A DNA stretch of 64,000 bases from Octopus vulgaris (GCA_951406725.2 OX597814.1:130076001-130140000); one strand, 5' to 3'. Shown: positions 41,657 to 54,966, counted from the stretch's first letter. Made by a program: numbers and translations. Notes: generated from the sequence alone by a model not told the origin.

Positions 41657-41956
41657 TGGAAGCGTAATGGCCCAGTGGTTAGGGCAGCGAATTCGCGGTT
41701 GTAGGATCGCGATTTCGATTCCCAGATCGGGTGTTGTGAGTGTTTATTGAGCGACAACACCTGAGGCTCCAGCAGGGGGTGGTGGCGATCCCTGCTGCAC
41801 TCTTTCGCCACAACTTTCTCTCACTCTTTCTTTTGTTGGCCTGCTCGCTTAGCCAGCGGGGTGGTGTCATTTGAAGGCTAAAACAATGTGAAGCACATGG
41901 TGACCAGCGATGTTTAGCAACACCTGATAGCCTAGTCGGTCACGGTGATCACGGTC
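41657..41956 (+). mobile_element. tRNA-derived SINE, family C
   Basis: Head shared with 1571; tail shared with 13381-13445. Confidence 0.85.
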
Positions 41957-42010
41957 ATAAACATACGTATACTATATAACATATATATATATAAGAAGGT
42001 ATATTATGTC

Positions 42011-42055
<45 letters not shown>

Positions 42056-42154
42056 TGTGCGTATATATATGCACACACACATATATAAATATGTGTGTGC
42101 ATGTATAGAAACACACACATATATAAATACATATTTATATACTACATATATTTA

Positions 42155-42185
<31 letters not shown>

Positions 42186-42188
<3 letters not shown>

Positions 42189-42420
42189 GGCGCTAGGCTC
42201 AGTGATTAGAGCATCGGGCTCACAATCATGAGGTAGTGAGTTCGATTCCCGAACCGGGCTATGCGTTGTTTTCTTGAGCAAGACACTTCCTTCATTTTAT
42301 GTTGCTCCGGTTCACTCAGCCGCAGAAATACGTTGCGACGTTACTGGCGCCAAATTCTGTCGGCCTTTGCCTTTCTCTTGGATAACATCGCTGGGGTGGA
42401 GAGAGGGGCATGCCAACCTG
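42186..42420 (+). mobile_element. SINE family E, 3'-truncated
   Basis: Homologous to 24540-24882. Confidence 0.8.
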
Positions 42421-43164
42421 TCTTACACCTGCCTTCGTCTTTCGCTTTTCTGTAAATTTCATCCATATACTTACATACATACATACATACGTACATACAT
42501 ACATATATATAGTAGTGTTTCCTTGTTTATTGTATAGGCAGTAGTTTGAAGTGCTCAGATAAAAATCCCGGGATGCGAATTTATAAAAAAAATGTTACGG
42601 ATAATTTCAGATAGGTTCAACAAGTTATTTATTCATATATTCTGCCATGGATCGATGTATATCAGTTTTTAAATATACCAAAGTATCAGTCATTAAAATA
42701 TTAAAACATATTGAAAATCTATGAATACATAAATACATAAAGATTTAATATTCATGTATAAATAGATGAGTGGAAATAGATTATAAAAGTGTAGATGTAT
42801 AAAAGTACAGATGTATAGAAATATCGATGTATAAAAATATATTTAGAATTGCAATCATATTAAAAAGGCGTTGTAGAACAGCGTTGTAAAAATTATTTAA
42901 GAATAAAATGTGTCCTTACAAGGAGGTGTATGAAATAAAGTCTTCCGAAGAGCGAATAAAGAACATCGTAGCGTTGAGATTGGATTTTTTCAAAAACATA
43001 TGTAAATAATCTAAGAGAATAAGTAATCCTGTGTAGATTAGCTGTTGGTGGTAATCTTCATAAGACTGTTTCAGGGGCACAGTAATCCATAGATTTTAAG
43101 GATATTTTCATTCCAAAAATTGGATACTGTCTCCTTCATCACATTCAGGAGTCGCATTTCGTGC

Positions 43165-43241
<77 letters not shown>

Positions 43242-43395
43242 GCATTTCGATGCTGTACGCGATATAAATAAGAAATAGATCTCTCATTTCTAACAAGACG
43301 AGCAACCACATAGTGTGTCCTTCGTTCGACCTCTCCTATCGTTGGTTCTCCTATTTTAGTTTACCAACCAGATTTTATCTCTCTCGCTTCTCTCT

Positions 43396-43612
43396 GTTAC
43401 TTTCTGTTTAGCTTACCGATTAGACAGGGTCTGCCTCATTGGTTTGCATATCAGATACAGCCTTACGAATTAGTTCAACGACCCGTTATAGTCTCCTTCA
43501 TTTGCTCATTGACCAGAGAGCGATTCCTTCATTGGTTCAACAACCAGATAGCGCCTCCTCCATTGATTCGCCGAAGAGATAGGATCTTCCTGATTGACTC
43601 ACAGTTGATTAC
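43396..43612. repeat. Diverged 31-bp tandem array (7 units) with ATTGG-like and AGATA motifs
   Basis: ATTGG-like pentamers at 43438, 43469, 43500, 43531, 43562 and 43593, an exact 31-bp phase. Confidence 0.75.
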
Positions 43613-43722
43613 AGTCATTGTTATTGTCGTTGTTTCACTCTAGATCAGCATTGATCGAACAGATCAATGATCAAATGCGTTAATCACGACTATCCAGCCG
43701 TTTGTTGGGGTATGTAAAACTA

Positions 43723-44283
43723 TAGGGTTGTCCGGAAAGTTCGTGCCGATTTATAGTAGCTTACATTTCGACTTATTTTAGAACATGGTTGAGTCCATAA
43801 CATAGGATTTGACTACACCTCAATTTAGAGCACAGTTTAAGCTATTTTTTTGTGGAAGAAGGTTCATGTTCCTATAACCTGTCTTAATTCTGTAACCCTT
43901 TAAAATGGATAAGACAGTTCATTTTTGGTACTTGATGCTTTGGGAGCCAGACAAAAATTGCCGCAGCTCGGCTGGGATGTGTTACCTCACCCTCCATATT
44001 CACCAGATAGTGCTCCTTCGAATTTCCACTTATTCAGGTCTCTGCAGAATAGTCTTAATGGTAAAAATGTCAGTTCCTTGGATGACGTAAAAAAGATACC
44101 TTGAATTCTTTGTCATGAAACCTCTTCAATTCTGGGAAGATGGTATTTTCAAGTTAAAGGAAAGATGGAGACGCATTGTGCAACAAAATGGTTCATATTT
44201 GGTTGATTAAAAATGTGATGGCAAGTATTTATTGACCTTTTTCTTTCCTTTAAAAATCAACACGAACTTTCCGGACAACCCAA
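43723..44283 (+). mobile_element. Internally deleted mariner element
   Basis: TIRs t.gggttgtccggaaagttcgtg..gattt with TA TSDs. N-terminal MDKTVHF is joined to LGWDVLPHPPYSPDSAPSNFHLFRSLQN. Confidence 0.9.
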
Positions 44284-44961
44284 TACATTATCCATAATAG
44301 CTGTTCTTTCCCAAGAAAGTAGGATATGAGGTTAAGGTAGTTTTACTGCTATTTCTTGCAGATCAATCAACGACGTTGAATCCCCTTCACGGCTTGTAAA
44401 TACCTGTTCACTTGCTACAGAAAAATCAATCGACTGTAGCAATTACTTGAATATATTGATGTTATTACTCGACAATTCAAATTAATATTGATTTCTAATT
44501 CTAGCACAATGTCACAAATTGGTGAGACACGGAAGTTATTGAGTCAATTCGATTTCAATGCATTATGAGTTCTTATTCTTTCTACCACAGAAAGATGAAA
44601 GCCAATGACAATTCGGGCAGAATTTGAACTCAAAAGTTAAAAGAGCTTAGATATATAAACTCAGTCATGGCTGTGTGGTTAAGAAGCTCGCTTTACAATC
44701 ACATGGTATTGTGTTCGATTTCACTGTCCCACTGTCCAGCACCGTAGGCAAGTGTCTTCTTTATAGACCCGGTCATAGCAATGACCTGTGACTGAGACTG
44801 GTAAACGGAATCTATGTGAGGGCTTGCGCTGTATCGGGTTCGATATGAGAATTTCCAAGCAATTGTGTAAAAAAACTTTTTCGAAAGAATGAAAAACAAC
44901 ATTATATATATATATATATATCAAACAAAGACACGTACATGAACATTTTTGCCATATATAT

Positions 44962-45370
44962 AGGCGTAGGAGTGACTATGTGGTAAGCAGCTTGCTTGCA
45001 AACCACATGGTTCCAGGTTCAGTCCCACTGCGTGGAACCTTGGGCAAGTGTCTTCTACTATAGCCTCGGGCCGACCAATGCCTTGTGAGTGGATTTGGTA
45101 GAAAGAAACTGAAAGAAGCCCGTCGTATATATATATATGTATCTGTGTGTATATGTTTGTGTGTCTTTGTTTGTGACCCCAACATCGCTTGACAACTGAT
45201 GCTGGTGTGTTTACGTCCCTGTAACTTAGCGGTTCGGCAAAAGAGACCGATAGAATAAGTACTAGGCTTACAAAGAGTAAGTCCTGGGGTCGATTTGCTC
45301 GACTAAAAGGCGGTGCTCCAGCATGGCCACAGTCAAATGACTGAAAGAAGTAAAAGAGTAAAAGAATAAA

Positions 45371-45373
<3 letters not shown>
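44962..45373 (+). mobile_element. SINE family A
   Basis: Full length. An older partial copy precedes it at ~44661-44830. Confidence 0.9.
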
Positions 45374-45405
<32 letters not shown>

Positions 45406-45555
45406 CATGGCAGTATTAAAATATGAACAGTATTAAAATATGAACTCCTATCAGAATTTACATCCCATGGACAAAGACACCTCTCTACCCATTCTACACA
45501 CCACTTTCCTTAGATAATGGAACTGCAAACTGTAACATCCAATATTGGAGATGGT

Positions 45556-46348
45556 CTAACGAATGGGACCTGTGTCTGAACGTGTCAAAGTGCTGTCATC
45601 TGCCTGTTGGCTCTTCTGCAACTCAACTTGATTTCGAGCCGGGTCGTCTGCTGCTGGAGAGGACCGACCAGGTAAAGGACCTGGGTATCTTGGTGGATTA
45701 TTCCTTTTCGCCTTCGGCCCAGTGCGTCCATGCTGCCAACAAAGCACGCGGAGTTCTGTTTTTGATTCGACGGTCATTCGGAATGCTCACAGCAGCCATA
45801 TTCCTACCGCTCTATGTCACGCTGGTGAAACCCATATTGGAGTACGGGATTCAAGCCTCTTCTCCTTATCTCCTCAAAGACATACAGTATCTCGAAAGAG
45901 TCCAGAAGCTGGCTACCCGCATGGTTCTTGGTCTCAAGCATTTGTCTTATGAAGAAAAGCTGAAGACGCTCGACCTTTATTCTATAGAAAAACGACGACG
46001 CCGTGGTGATCTAATTCTTGCTCACAACATCATAAGCGGAAAGTGTAACCTCTCGAAAGAGCTGTTCTTCACTCCTGCTCCAAAGCGTCGGCTGTGAGGT
46101 CACTCCGAAAAGTTCTATCTGCGAGGATTTCATCTCAATCGAAGGAGAGGGGCTTTCTCCGTCTGGGTTGCGGATCCGTGGAATAAGCTGCCGGACGAGA
46201 TAGTGAAGATGCCGACGACCGCTCGGTTCAAAGTCTCCCTTGACCACAAATGGCCTGAACTCTTTACATGAACACCACCCTGTACACAACTCCATGTTCC
46301 CCTACATGGCCTTGCTTTTTGCTTTTTGAGCCCAAAAATTAACTAACA
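45556..46348 (+). mobile_element. CR1-clade LINE 3' fragment
   Basis: Reads KDLGILVD...LYVTLVKPILEYG...LERVQKLATRM...LSYEEKLKTLDLYSIEKRRRRGDLI. In-frame stop at 46095 and a short repeat tail. Confidence 0.9.
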
Positions 46349-46461
46349 TATATTTTTTTAATTCTTATATTTTCCTTTATACTGCCTATATCTCTCCCTT
46401 TCCTAAATAACTTCCAATATTGAACTCTACTATTCCCTTTTATTTAACTCTCTCTCATATC

Positions 46462-46509
46462 GTCTCTGATGATGAGATATCCCTCTTATCCCCGAAACAG
46501 CTGTAAGAC
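46462..46509 (+). ncRNA. Type I minimal hammerhead ribozyme motif
   Basis: GTCT-CTGATGA-TGAGATA-TCCCTCT-TATCCCC-GAAA-CAGCTG-TA-AGAC. Stem I GTCT/AGAC, palindromic ACAGCTGT, GUA triplet. Confidence 0.8.
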
Positions 46510-46625
46510 TACATTTCTCTTTATAAATGTCCTACAAATTTCACACTGAATCGGCTTTGTTGTCTCATATCATTTAACGCGCGCACACACACACACACAC
46601 ACCTACGCGCACACACACATGTATA

Positions 46626-47827
46626 CAGGTTGGAGAAGGAACTAATATTTGAAACTCTCTCATTGCGTATCAATAGGTGTAATAATTCAAAAATAGGTTA
46701 ATAACATTCACGAATAATTACAAAACGAATGATTTATTCTATGTGGCTTCCATTGTTTGCAATTATGGCCTCCGCACGGCTCCGAAACCCCGCACAAATC
46801 TTCACTAGAAGTCACATCCTGGCCCACTCCTCATTGATGACAGCCTTCAGAGAGTAGGAGGTTTTGTTGATGGCATGCTCCAGGATGTCTCACTCAGCAT
46901 AGTCCAGAGAGTTGAAATCCGAGATGGAAGAGGGCCAGAAATCCAAATGCCAGGAAGCAGCAAATTTGGATTTGCAGAAATTCTGTACCTCCTTGGCACT
47001 ATGGCTGGGAGTACTATCCTGGGTTCACATATACCTATTTGCCCTCCGGGTGCTTGCAAGACGGTTACCTCAGTGTCTTGAAGCAGGCATCAGCACCCAC
47101 ATTTTCTCCAGGCTTGTAGTGGTATATGGGCATCTTTCTTCCGTTGGAGGCCACAAGACCGAAGGTCATGACCTGGATATTTTGTTCGACAGTTGTTGAT
47201 TCTGCAATGCACCGTTCGTTTAGGCCGTTCACAACCGCATCCACTGTGAAGATATCGCCAGAGAAAATAAATTTTCACAGGAGACCTCTTCTTCTTGAGG
47301 TATGTGAGAACCTTTTTGCATCTCTCCAATCTCCTCGCTTTCATGGCTTCGGTCAGCAGGTGTCTCGGTGTCTTGGTGCAATACACGTGGCTCATGTCAT
47401 TATTCACGTTTGTTCTGATGGTTTTGGTGTCCACTTCAAGCTCAGAAGTCAGCTTCGTTATGGAAGCTTGGTCTGTTGAAATCTTTGGACTTGGGTGTTG
47501 ATGAAGTTATTATTTCGCTTCCTGTTGGCCCTACCTATGCCAGACCTCCTCAGATGCCGTTGCCAACATCTATTCTCTTCTTGACGTTCTAAACTCCAAC
47601 TACGAGTTGAGATCCTCTTCGGATCAACTTGTGCATAGACCAAATCACATACTTTCTGGCATTTGTCTTCCTGTGCAGTCATATTCTCCAACATTCCTGC
47701 CAAAAAAGGGTTTATTATTAGGTAACAATGTATTCTTTGTTCTGCATTAGGTTTCATATCATTTGGTGTTGTGGTTGCTAGGAAATATGAGTGTAACTTT
47801 TAATGCAAGTTTCGCATCCCCACTCTG
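46626..47827 (-). mobile_element. Decayed Tc1/mariner (maT/DD37D-like) element
   Basis: TA-flanked CAG...CTG ends with degenerate TIRs. Reads HLLTEAMKARRLERCKKVL...IFTVD...FWPSSISDFNSLDY across frameshifts. Confidence 0.75.
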
Positions 47828-47829
47828 TA

Positions 47830-47881
<52 letters not shown>

Positions 47882-47894
47882 TATATATATATTG

Positions 47895-48486
47895 GTAACA
47901 AATGAAAGACAGATTGTATAATACCTGCAGTCTGGGGAGATAATTGGCCAGATGTTAGGGGTGGTGTTGTCGGAGAAATTGACTGACCGCTATGACTGGG
48001 TTCTGCTTTTGTGGCATAGGGTTTCCTGCTTTTGTGACATAGGGTATTCCAGTAGCCACACTCTTGACTCGAGGCAGCACTACTTCCTCCAGGCACTTGA
48101 TGTAGGCCTCCGTGTTGAGTCTGAGGCTATGTGGGAAGATGAATGGCGGCATAACGTCGCCATCACTAAAGATGATTCCAAACACCATGATGTTGACTAA
48201 ATGTTGGATTTTTATCACCCTCGGTACATGTCCTCTGATTGCACTGTCCTCAGATAGACACCCAAGCACTCTGAAATGTTCGTATTGGAACTACCGACGC
48301 AAATACCATGCAGTACAGCATGCTGTTTCCAAATTTCTGGCAGAGTGAATTGCGTCATGGTACTGCTCTGATAGACGGTGCCCAACTAACTCTACTATAC
48401 AGTATAGTCAACAAATTCGAAAACATATAATGTGCATGCGTAAAATTAAAAATATGTAATATCGACAATTTACCCATCGGACCTTG
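47895..48486 (-). mobile_element. Tc1/mariner (maT-like) internally deleted fragment with TIR
   Basis: Reads IMVFGIIFSDGDVMPPFIFPHSLRLNTEAYIKCLEEVVLP. TIR related to 9003-9024. Confidence 0.75.
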
Positions 48487-48503
48487 TATTATGTTTGTAT
48501 GTA

Positions 48504-48579
<76 letters not shown>

Positions 48580-48685
48580 ATCAGAAAATGGAGTAAACTT
48601 AAGATCAACAAATCAATTGAGCCACATCTGTAGCTTATCATTTAATACAAAACATGACATAACATATCATTTATGTGACATAATA

Positions 48686-48800
48686 ATTCTTACGGCCGTT
48701 TCCGCTTCCGATGTCAGTCACTGCATATGAAAGAATTGTGAAAATAATAATCATCTTCATAGGACATTCGAACTAGAACATGGATCTTCATCGGAGTGAA
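48686..48800 (-). ncRNA. Hammerhead-like motif with long stem II and CCGAUGA core variant
   Basis: Minus strand CCGATGA-AGATCCATGTT...GACATCGGAAGCG-GAAA-CGGCCG-TA. Palindromic ACGGCCGT. Confidence 0.5.
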
Positions 48801-49197
48801 TACAAAAGCGTCCAAAAAATAAACAAAATAAAGAGGGAATAGGAAAGAAAATATGAGATAAAGCCTGGAGGCCTAATAAATTAAAATCATATATTGTACG
48901 AGCATAGTGTGCTTGCATACTCATGCCAGAGATTACACGGGCAACTAGTACCAATAGTAAATCTGGATATTTTATCCGTTAGTCGATTACTATAACCACT
49001 AACTTTGCTTACGTTTTATATATATATGTATATAAATTAAATTAGTTAAAAGACATACTAAGTATGTCTGCCTGTTCGAAATTACAGTCAAAATTCTTGT
49101 TTAAATCGCCAAAAATACACTGACGATAACTACAGAAACAAATCGAAAGTAGATTAGGTTAATAAAGTCTCTTAATATGCATTTAAGTATAAGGACT

Positions 49198-49268
49198 CAC
49201 GCGGACCGGTTTCTGTATTGGCAAAATAAATAAATAAATATAAATTACCTTAGCTTCTTCAGTACGTG
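49198..49268 (-). ncRNA. Type I hammerhead motif
   Basis: Minus strand CACGTA-CTGAAGA-AGCTAAGGTAA...TTGCCAATACA-GAAA-CCGG-TC-CGCGTG. Palindromic ACCGGT, GUC triplet, 5/6-bp stem I. Confidence 0.65.
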
Positions 49269-49377
49269 TTATGAAGAAGAGAAAACCCCAACTACCCTTA
49301 TTGGAATCTGCCCCGCAACTGATTCGTTATGCGCGGAAATCAAATTACATTCACATGTGAAAAATATACTCTCTATA

Positions 49378-49580
49378 CAGGGGCAAACAATTTGCAAGAA
49401 AAAAATATAAATTCTCGGAAATTAATTTGCTAAGATATTTTTAAATTTGTTATCATCTGGAATGACTATTGGGCCTGCGATCGCCTATGTTATTAATTCT
49501 GTTATTATCATTTTTTTTAAAAATAGTCATTCCAGATGGTGACAAAATTAATATCATAGCAAATTAATAGTTTGCCCCTG
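49378..49580. mobile_element. TA-flanked foldback MITE (Tc1/mariner-type)
   Basis: TIR caggggcaaac/gtttgcccctg with TA TSD. Internal inverted arms catctggaatgactatt/aatagtcattccagatg. Confidence 0.8.
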
Positions 49581-49675
49581 TAAAGATATATATATATATA
49601 TATATATTGTAACGTAGGCAGCTATACGCAATACATACATACACAAACATACACACGTGTGTACGAGTATGTATG

Positions 49676-49708
<33 letters not shown>

Positions 49709-49710
<2 letters not shown>

Positions 49711-49991
49711 GCGCAGGAGGGGCCGTGTGGTAGGTAGCTTGTTTACCAACCACATGGTTCCGGGTTCAGTCCCACTGCGTGGCACCTTGGGCAAGTGTAT
49801 TCTACTATAGCCTCGGGCCGACCAAAGCCTTGTGAGTGGATTTGGTAGACGGAAACTGAAAGAAGCCCGTCGTAGAATAAGTACTGGGCTTACAGAAGAA
49901 TAAGTCCCGAGGTCGAGTTGCTCGATTAAAGGCGGTGCTCCAGCATGGCCGCAGTCAAATGACTGAAACAAGTAAAAGAGTAAAAAAGAGT
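49709..49991 (+). mobile_element. SINE family A, internally deleted
   Basis: cccgtcg is joined directly to tagaataagtact. Confidence 0.9.
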
Positions 49992-50494
49992 ATATATTGG
50001 GGGAGATGTATATAAATGTCTGTCTTGTGTTTGTGTTCGGTTCTCACCACTATCGACTGACAACTAGTATTGGTTTTGTTACATCCCTCCAATTTGAATG
50101 AGTACAAGACTTACGAAAATAAATGCACAGGAAGATTTGTTCGTCTAAATCTTTCAAAGTGGTGCCCCTGCATGGCCGCAGTCGAATGACCGAAACACGA
50201 AAAAGGATACACTGCATAGGTTTCAGCCGATTATTCCACGCACCACACTTTCTGACCGATTCTGACTATGTATTGGTTTCTAACATAGGTACAACGTTAT
50301 CGGTTTTTCATCGATTAAATTGCCCTTGTATTATACTTTTACTTTATCGACCCTCAACAGATAAAAGCCGACGTCGATTCCTGCGGGATTACGAACTTAC
50401 AACGTAAAAGGAAGCATCAAAGTACTGACAGGCATCAAAGTTCGACGTACCACTGATTCTACAATAATTAACATATATATATATATATATATGC

Positions 50495-50555
<61 letters not shown>

Positions 50556-50691
50556 ATTAGAGAGTTATCCACTATGTGGATAAATCTAGTGCAAAAAATA
50601 GCTCCGAAGCAACCACAGAAGATCTGTTTCCAACTAGAATCAGCATACATTTAACGGAAGGAAAATGAAATACAACGAATAAAATAGATTG

Positions 50692-50767
50692 ACTCTATAC
50701 AATTGTTTCATTACTAATGCAATATGCAGTTTTACTTACATTTGCATCTATAAATCTTCGGTAGAGT
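50692..50767 (-). ncRNA. Hammerhead motif (CCGAAGA variant), left arm
   Basis: ACTCTA-CCGAAGA-long stem II-GAAA-CAATTG-TA-TAGAGT, with a 6-bp stem I. Confidence 0.65.
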
Positions 50768-50925
50768 TTGTCAGAAATGCAATTATTTAGATCGATTCGA
50801 GCGTCAAAAACACGAGCGGTCCAACCAATTACATTTTTAGTTATGTTTCAAATTCCGCGCCAAAAGCATGCCTAGACTCCATTGGACAAACTCTACATTC
50901 TGACAAACTCTACATTCTGACAAAA

Positions 50926-50997
50926 TCTACCGAAGATTTATAGATGCAAATGTAAGTAAAACTGCATATTGCATTAGTAATGAAACAATTGTATAGA
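50926..50997 (+). ncRNA. Hammerhead motif (CCGAAGA variant), right arm
   Basis: TCTA-CCGAAGA-TTTATAGATGCAAATGTA...TGCATATTGCATTAGTAAT-GAAA-CAATTG-TA-TAGA. Confidence 0.65.
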
Positions 50998-51248
50998 GTC
51001 AATCTATTTTATTCGTTGTATTTCACTTTCCTTCCGTTAAATGTATGTTGATTCTAGTTGGAAACAGATCTTCTGTGGTTGCTTCGGAGCTATTTTTAGC
51101 ACTAGAGTTATCCACATAGTGGATAACTCTCTAATAATTTATGTATAAATTTGTATTTTCTCCGTAGTTTTTTGTGCTAAGCCACTTGGTGTTAAATTGA
51201 TGGTATTATTAAATTAATATCGATTTTTCACCCTCATTTATAATTTTA

Positions 51249-51305
<57 letters not shown>

Positions 51306-51503
51306 GTATATATATATGTATATATATATATGTGTGTATATATATATATATATATACATAATGTGTATATATACCACTACTCCATATTTATACACACATA
51401 CACACGCACACGCACGCACGCACACACACATATATATATAGAGAGAGAAAGAGAAAGAGTATATATATTTATATAAATGATATGCACACATATCTTGTAT
51501 GTG

Positions 51504-51624
<121 letters not shown>

Positions 51625-51959
51625 GTTTATGCACTACATGCACGCATGAGTACAACCACACATCCACCTACACAACGATTCAGGTCTGAATGAGAAAAAG
51701 AAGCCGCCTTTGGCACCATATGTGTGACATTTTAATAGATGTAGCTAACTTATTGACGTCAATCCATTAGGTTATTGTTACTGTGCTTATATATTCAATT
51801 ACGAACGACCACAAGTTGTTTACAATTTCTATGTAAATGTAGTTTTCCTAATCTTTAAAGTAGACTCAATGTTGTTGTTGCTATTGTTCTTGTTGCTCTT
51901 GATCTTGTAGTTTCTGTCATTGTTGCAGTTTTTCCGGTGTTGGTGTTTGCTGGTGTTTG

Positions 51960-52420
51960 ATTTCAGACACCAGCAAAGAAAGAGAGAGGTATGCAGTGTT
52001 ATATGTACGGAGGATACTCGACGGGCTGCCACCAAACTTCGGAACTGGGAGCTATACCCGACCCCGAATTGGATGTTACTGCACTGCTACAAAGGTCCCA
52101 GCTGTCCCAGCTAGATTGAGGACCATGTACTGCAATATCTTGGGATTCAAAGGCCTGCAACTATTTAACGCCTTCCCAAAACATCTGAGGATCTTCATGG
52201 AGTGGGAGGTAGATGTTTTCAAGAAACTTGACCTCTTGCTAGCCAAGATCCCAGATGAACCAATATCAAGGCAGGAGATTCAAAAGAGGGCAGCAGTGCG
52301 GAATTCCCAGCTTCACCAAAAGTCGATCACATGAAATTGGCCATTGAAAAGGTGATTACACAGGCGGTACCCCATCACAGCCATGGCCTTAGGGCTGAAA
52401 TGTATAAAAGAATAAAAAGG
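51960..52420 (+). mobile_element. CR1-like LINE 3' end
   Basis: Reads RERYAVLYVRRILDGL...GLQLFNAFPKHLR...FKKLDLLLAKIPDEP...RAAVRNS. The tail resembles the SINE A tail. Confidence 0.75.
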
Positions 52421-52610
52421 TAAAACACGTACTTTACTAGAAAATATTAAGTAATTCTTCAATATGCATGTAACTAGAGTATGTAAGTTCAAACAAGGTT
52501 AAAAGAATAATCAATGCTAAAAAGGGTTGTTACTCCGTATCCAGGTCCATGGTTGATCGGGAAAGTAAAGTCCGAATAGTTCGATGTAAGGAGCCAGCTA
52601 TTACAGTATG

Positions 52611-52653
<43 letters not shown>

Positions 52654-52659
52654 CGTATA

Positions 52660-53412
<753 letters not shown>

Positions 53413-53425
53413 ATATATACATATT

Positions 53426-53980
53426 TATAACAGAAGAGGATGTAATATCGGCCATTGATGCGATGAAATCAAACTCACCAACGGGCCTAGATAGATCCCG
53501 GCTGTTCTCTTAAAGACATCTGAAAAGGCCCTTGCAGAACCACTGCAGATACTCTTTCAGAGTTTCCTTGCATTTGGTAAACTTCCTAACATGCTAAAAG
53601 AGGGTACAATATGTCCGGTTCATAAAGGAGGGAGCGGAGCAGATGCTAAAAACTACAGGCCCATTTCTCTGACCTCACATGTTAGCAAAACAATGGAGCG
53701 CATTTTCATAAAAAGGCTGATCACCTTCTTAGAAGAAAATGCCCTTCTCACGAACACGTAACATGGCTTCCGTCCAGGGATGTGTTGATGCAGAAGTTTT
53801 CAAAGAACGTCTGGACAGGTTTCTATCAGAGAAGCTACATAGCGACAGGAGACACAAAGAAGAGCAGCTCCATCCAACTCGCTACTTCACCAAAAACAAT
53901 ACCGGAAACATCAAGTAACTACAGGTGGTGCACCAGCTTGACCTCAGCCTTGAGCTGAAACCAGTAAAAGATAAAAGAGA
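53426..53980 (+). mobile_element. CR1-like LINE, internally deleted (RT N-terminus joined to 3' end)
   Basis: Reads LAEPLQILFQSFL...ICPVHKGGSGADAKNYRPISLTSHVSKTMER...HGFRPG, then the same kind of tail as 52350-52420. Confidence 0.8.
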
Positions 53981-54966
53981 TATATATATATATATATATA
54001 TATATTCACACACACTATGGACTTCCATACATTTTTAGTCCATGAAATTCACACAAGGCAGTCGGACCACGACTATATTAGAAGAGATTTGCCCAAGTTT
54101 CCACGCTGGAGGTCTGAACTAAAAACTACGTAATTGTGAAGCGAATCTCTTTTCCACACGGCCATTGGTTGTCTACAATTATAATAAAATGTTGCAAGAC
54201 AAATAGAAATCGAAATTATATGGACGCCGCCATGACTGCGATGTATTAATTTTCATTACAAGTCCGGTCCAGTTGCGCACCATAGGAGATTTAGACAGAT
54301 TTAGTGCCTGCTAGATTAGTGAGTAAAAAGTCGGTTCGTGTGACCTTCACAGTAAGTTATAGAAGAGAAACAATTCAGAATAATAAATGAATGAATAAAT
54401 AAGTAGGGTGAATGACCGAAAGAAACAAGACAAATTGCTAAAAACGAAAGAAGGAAAATAAATAAAAATAAATCACATAATTTCTGATTCAGTCATTTAT
54501 GGTGCGCATGCGTGCTGGTAAGTTATAGTAAAAGGACGATAATGATATATTAAATAGCAATGTGAGAGCAAGAGACGAGAGAGAAACAGAAAAGAGAAAA
54601 TGAAAAAGACGATAAGGAGAAAGTAAGAATATTATATGAACGGAAGGGGTGAAAGAAAAAGTCGCACGAACTGGGAATTTAGGACGGGGCTAAGAGAAAT
54701 AAGGGGAACGGGAGGAAAGAAGTAGGAGTCAGTGAATAAGATCGTGAAATAGAGAAATAAAAACGAAAGATATTCAAATAGTGTGTAATGTATACCGAAA
54801 TCTGCAAACTACTGCATTGTATTGCTTTAATACATTAACCGGGCATTGGAAGATTTGGAATATCTATTGTATGGACAGACATATGAGTAAGTAATAATGT
54901 TGATTAGCTCCTTTAGGTACATACAGTACTTTGAGAACAATTTTATTAATATAAATCATACAATAT

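Larger units (their letters stand above)
50555..51248. mobile_element. Inverted-repeat hammerhead cassette (PLE pLTR-like) within (TA)n
   Basis: Arms 50555-50776 and ~50915-51137 are near-identical reverse complements, each carrying a hammerhead. (TA)n flanks both sides. Confidence 0.75.
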
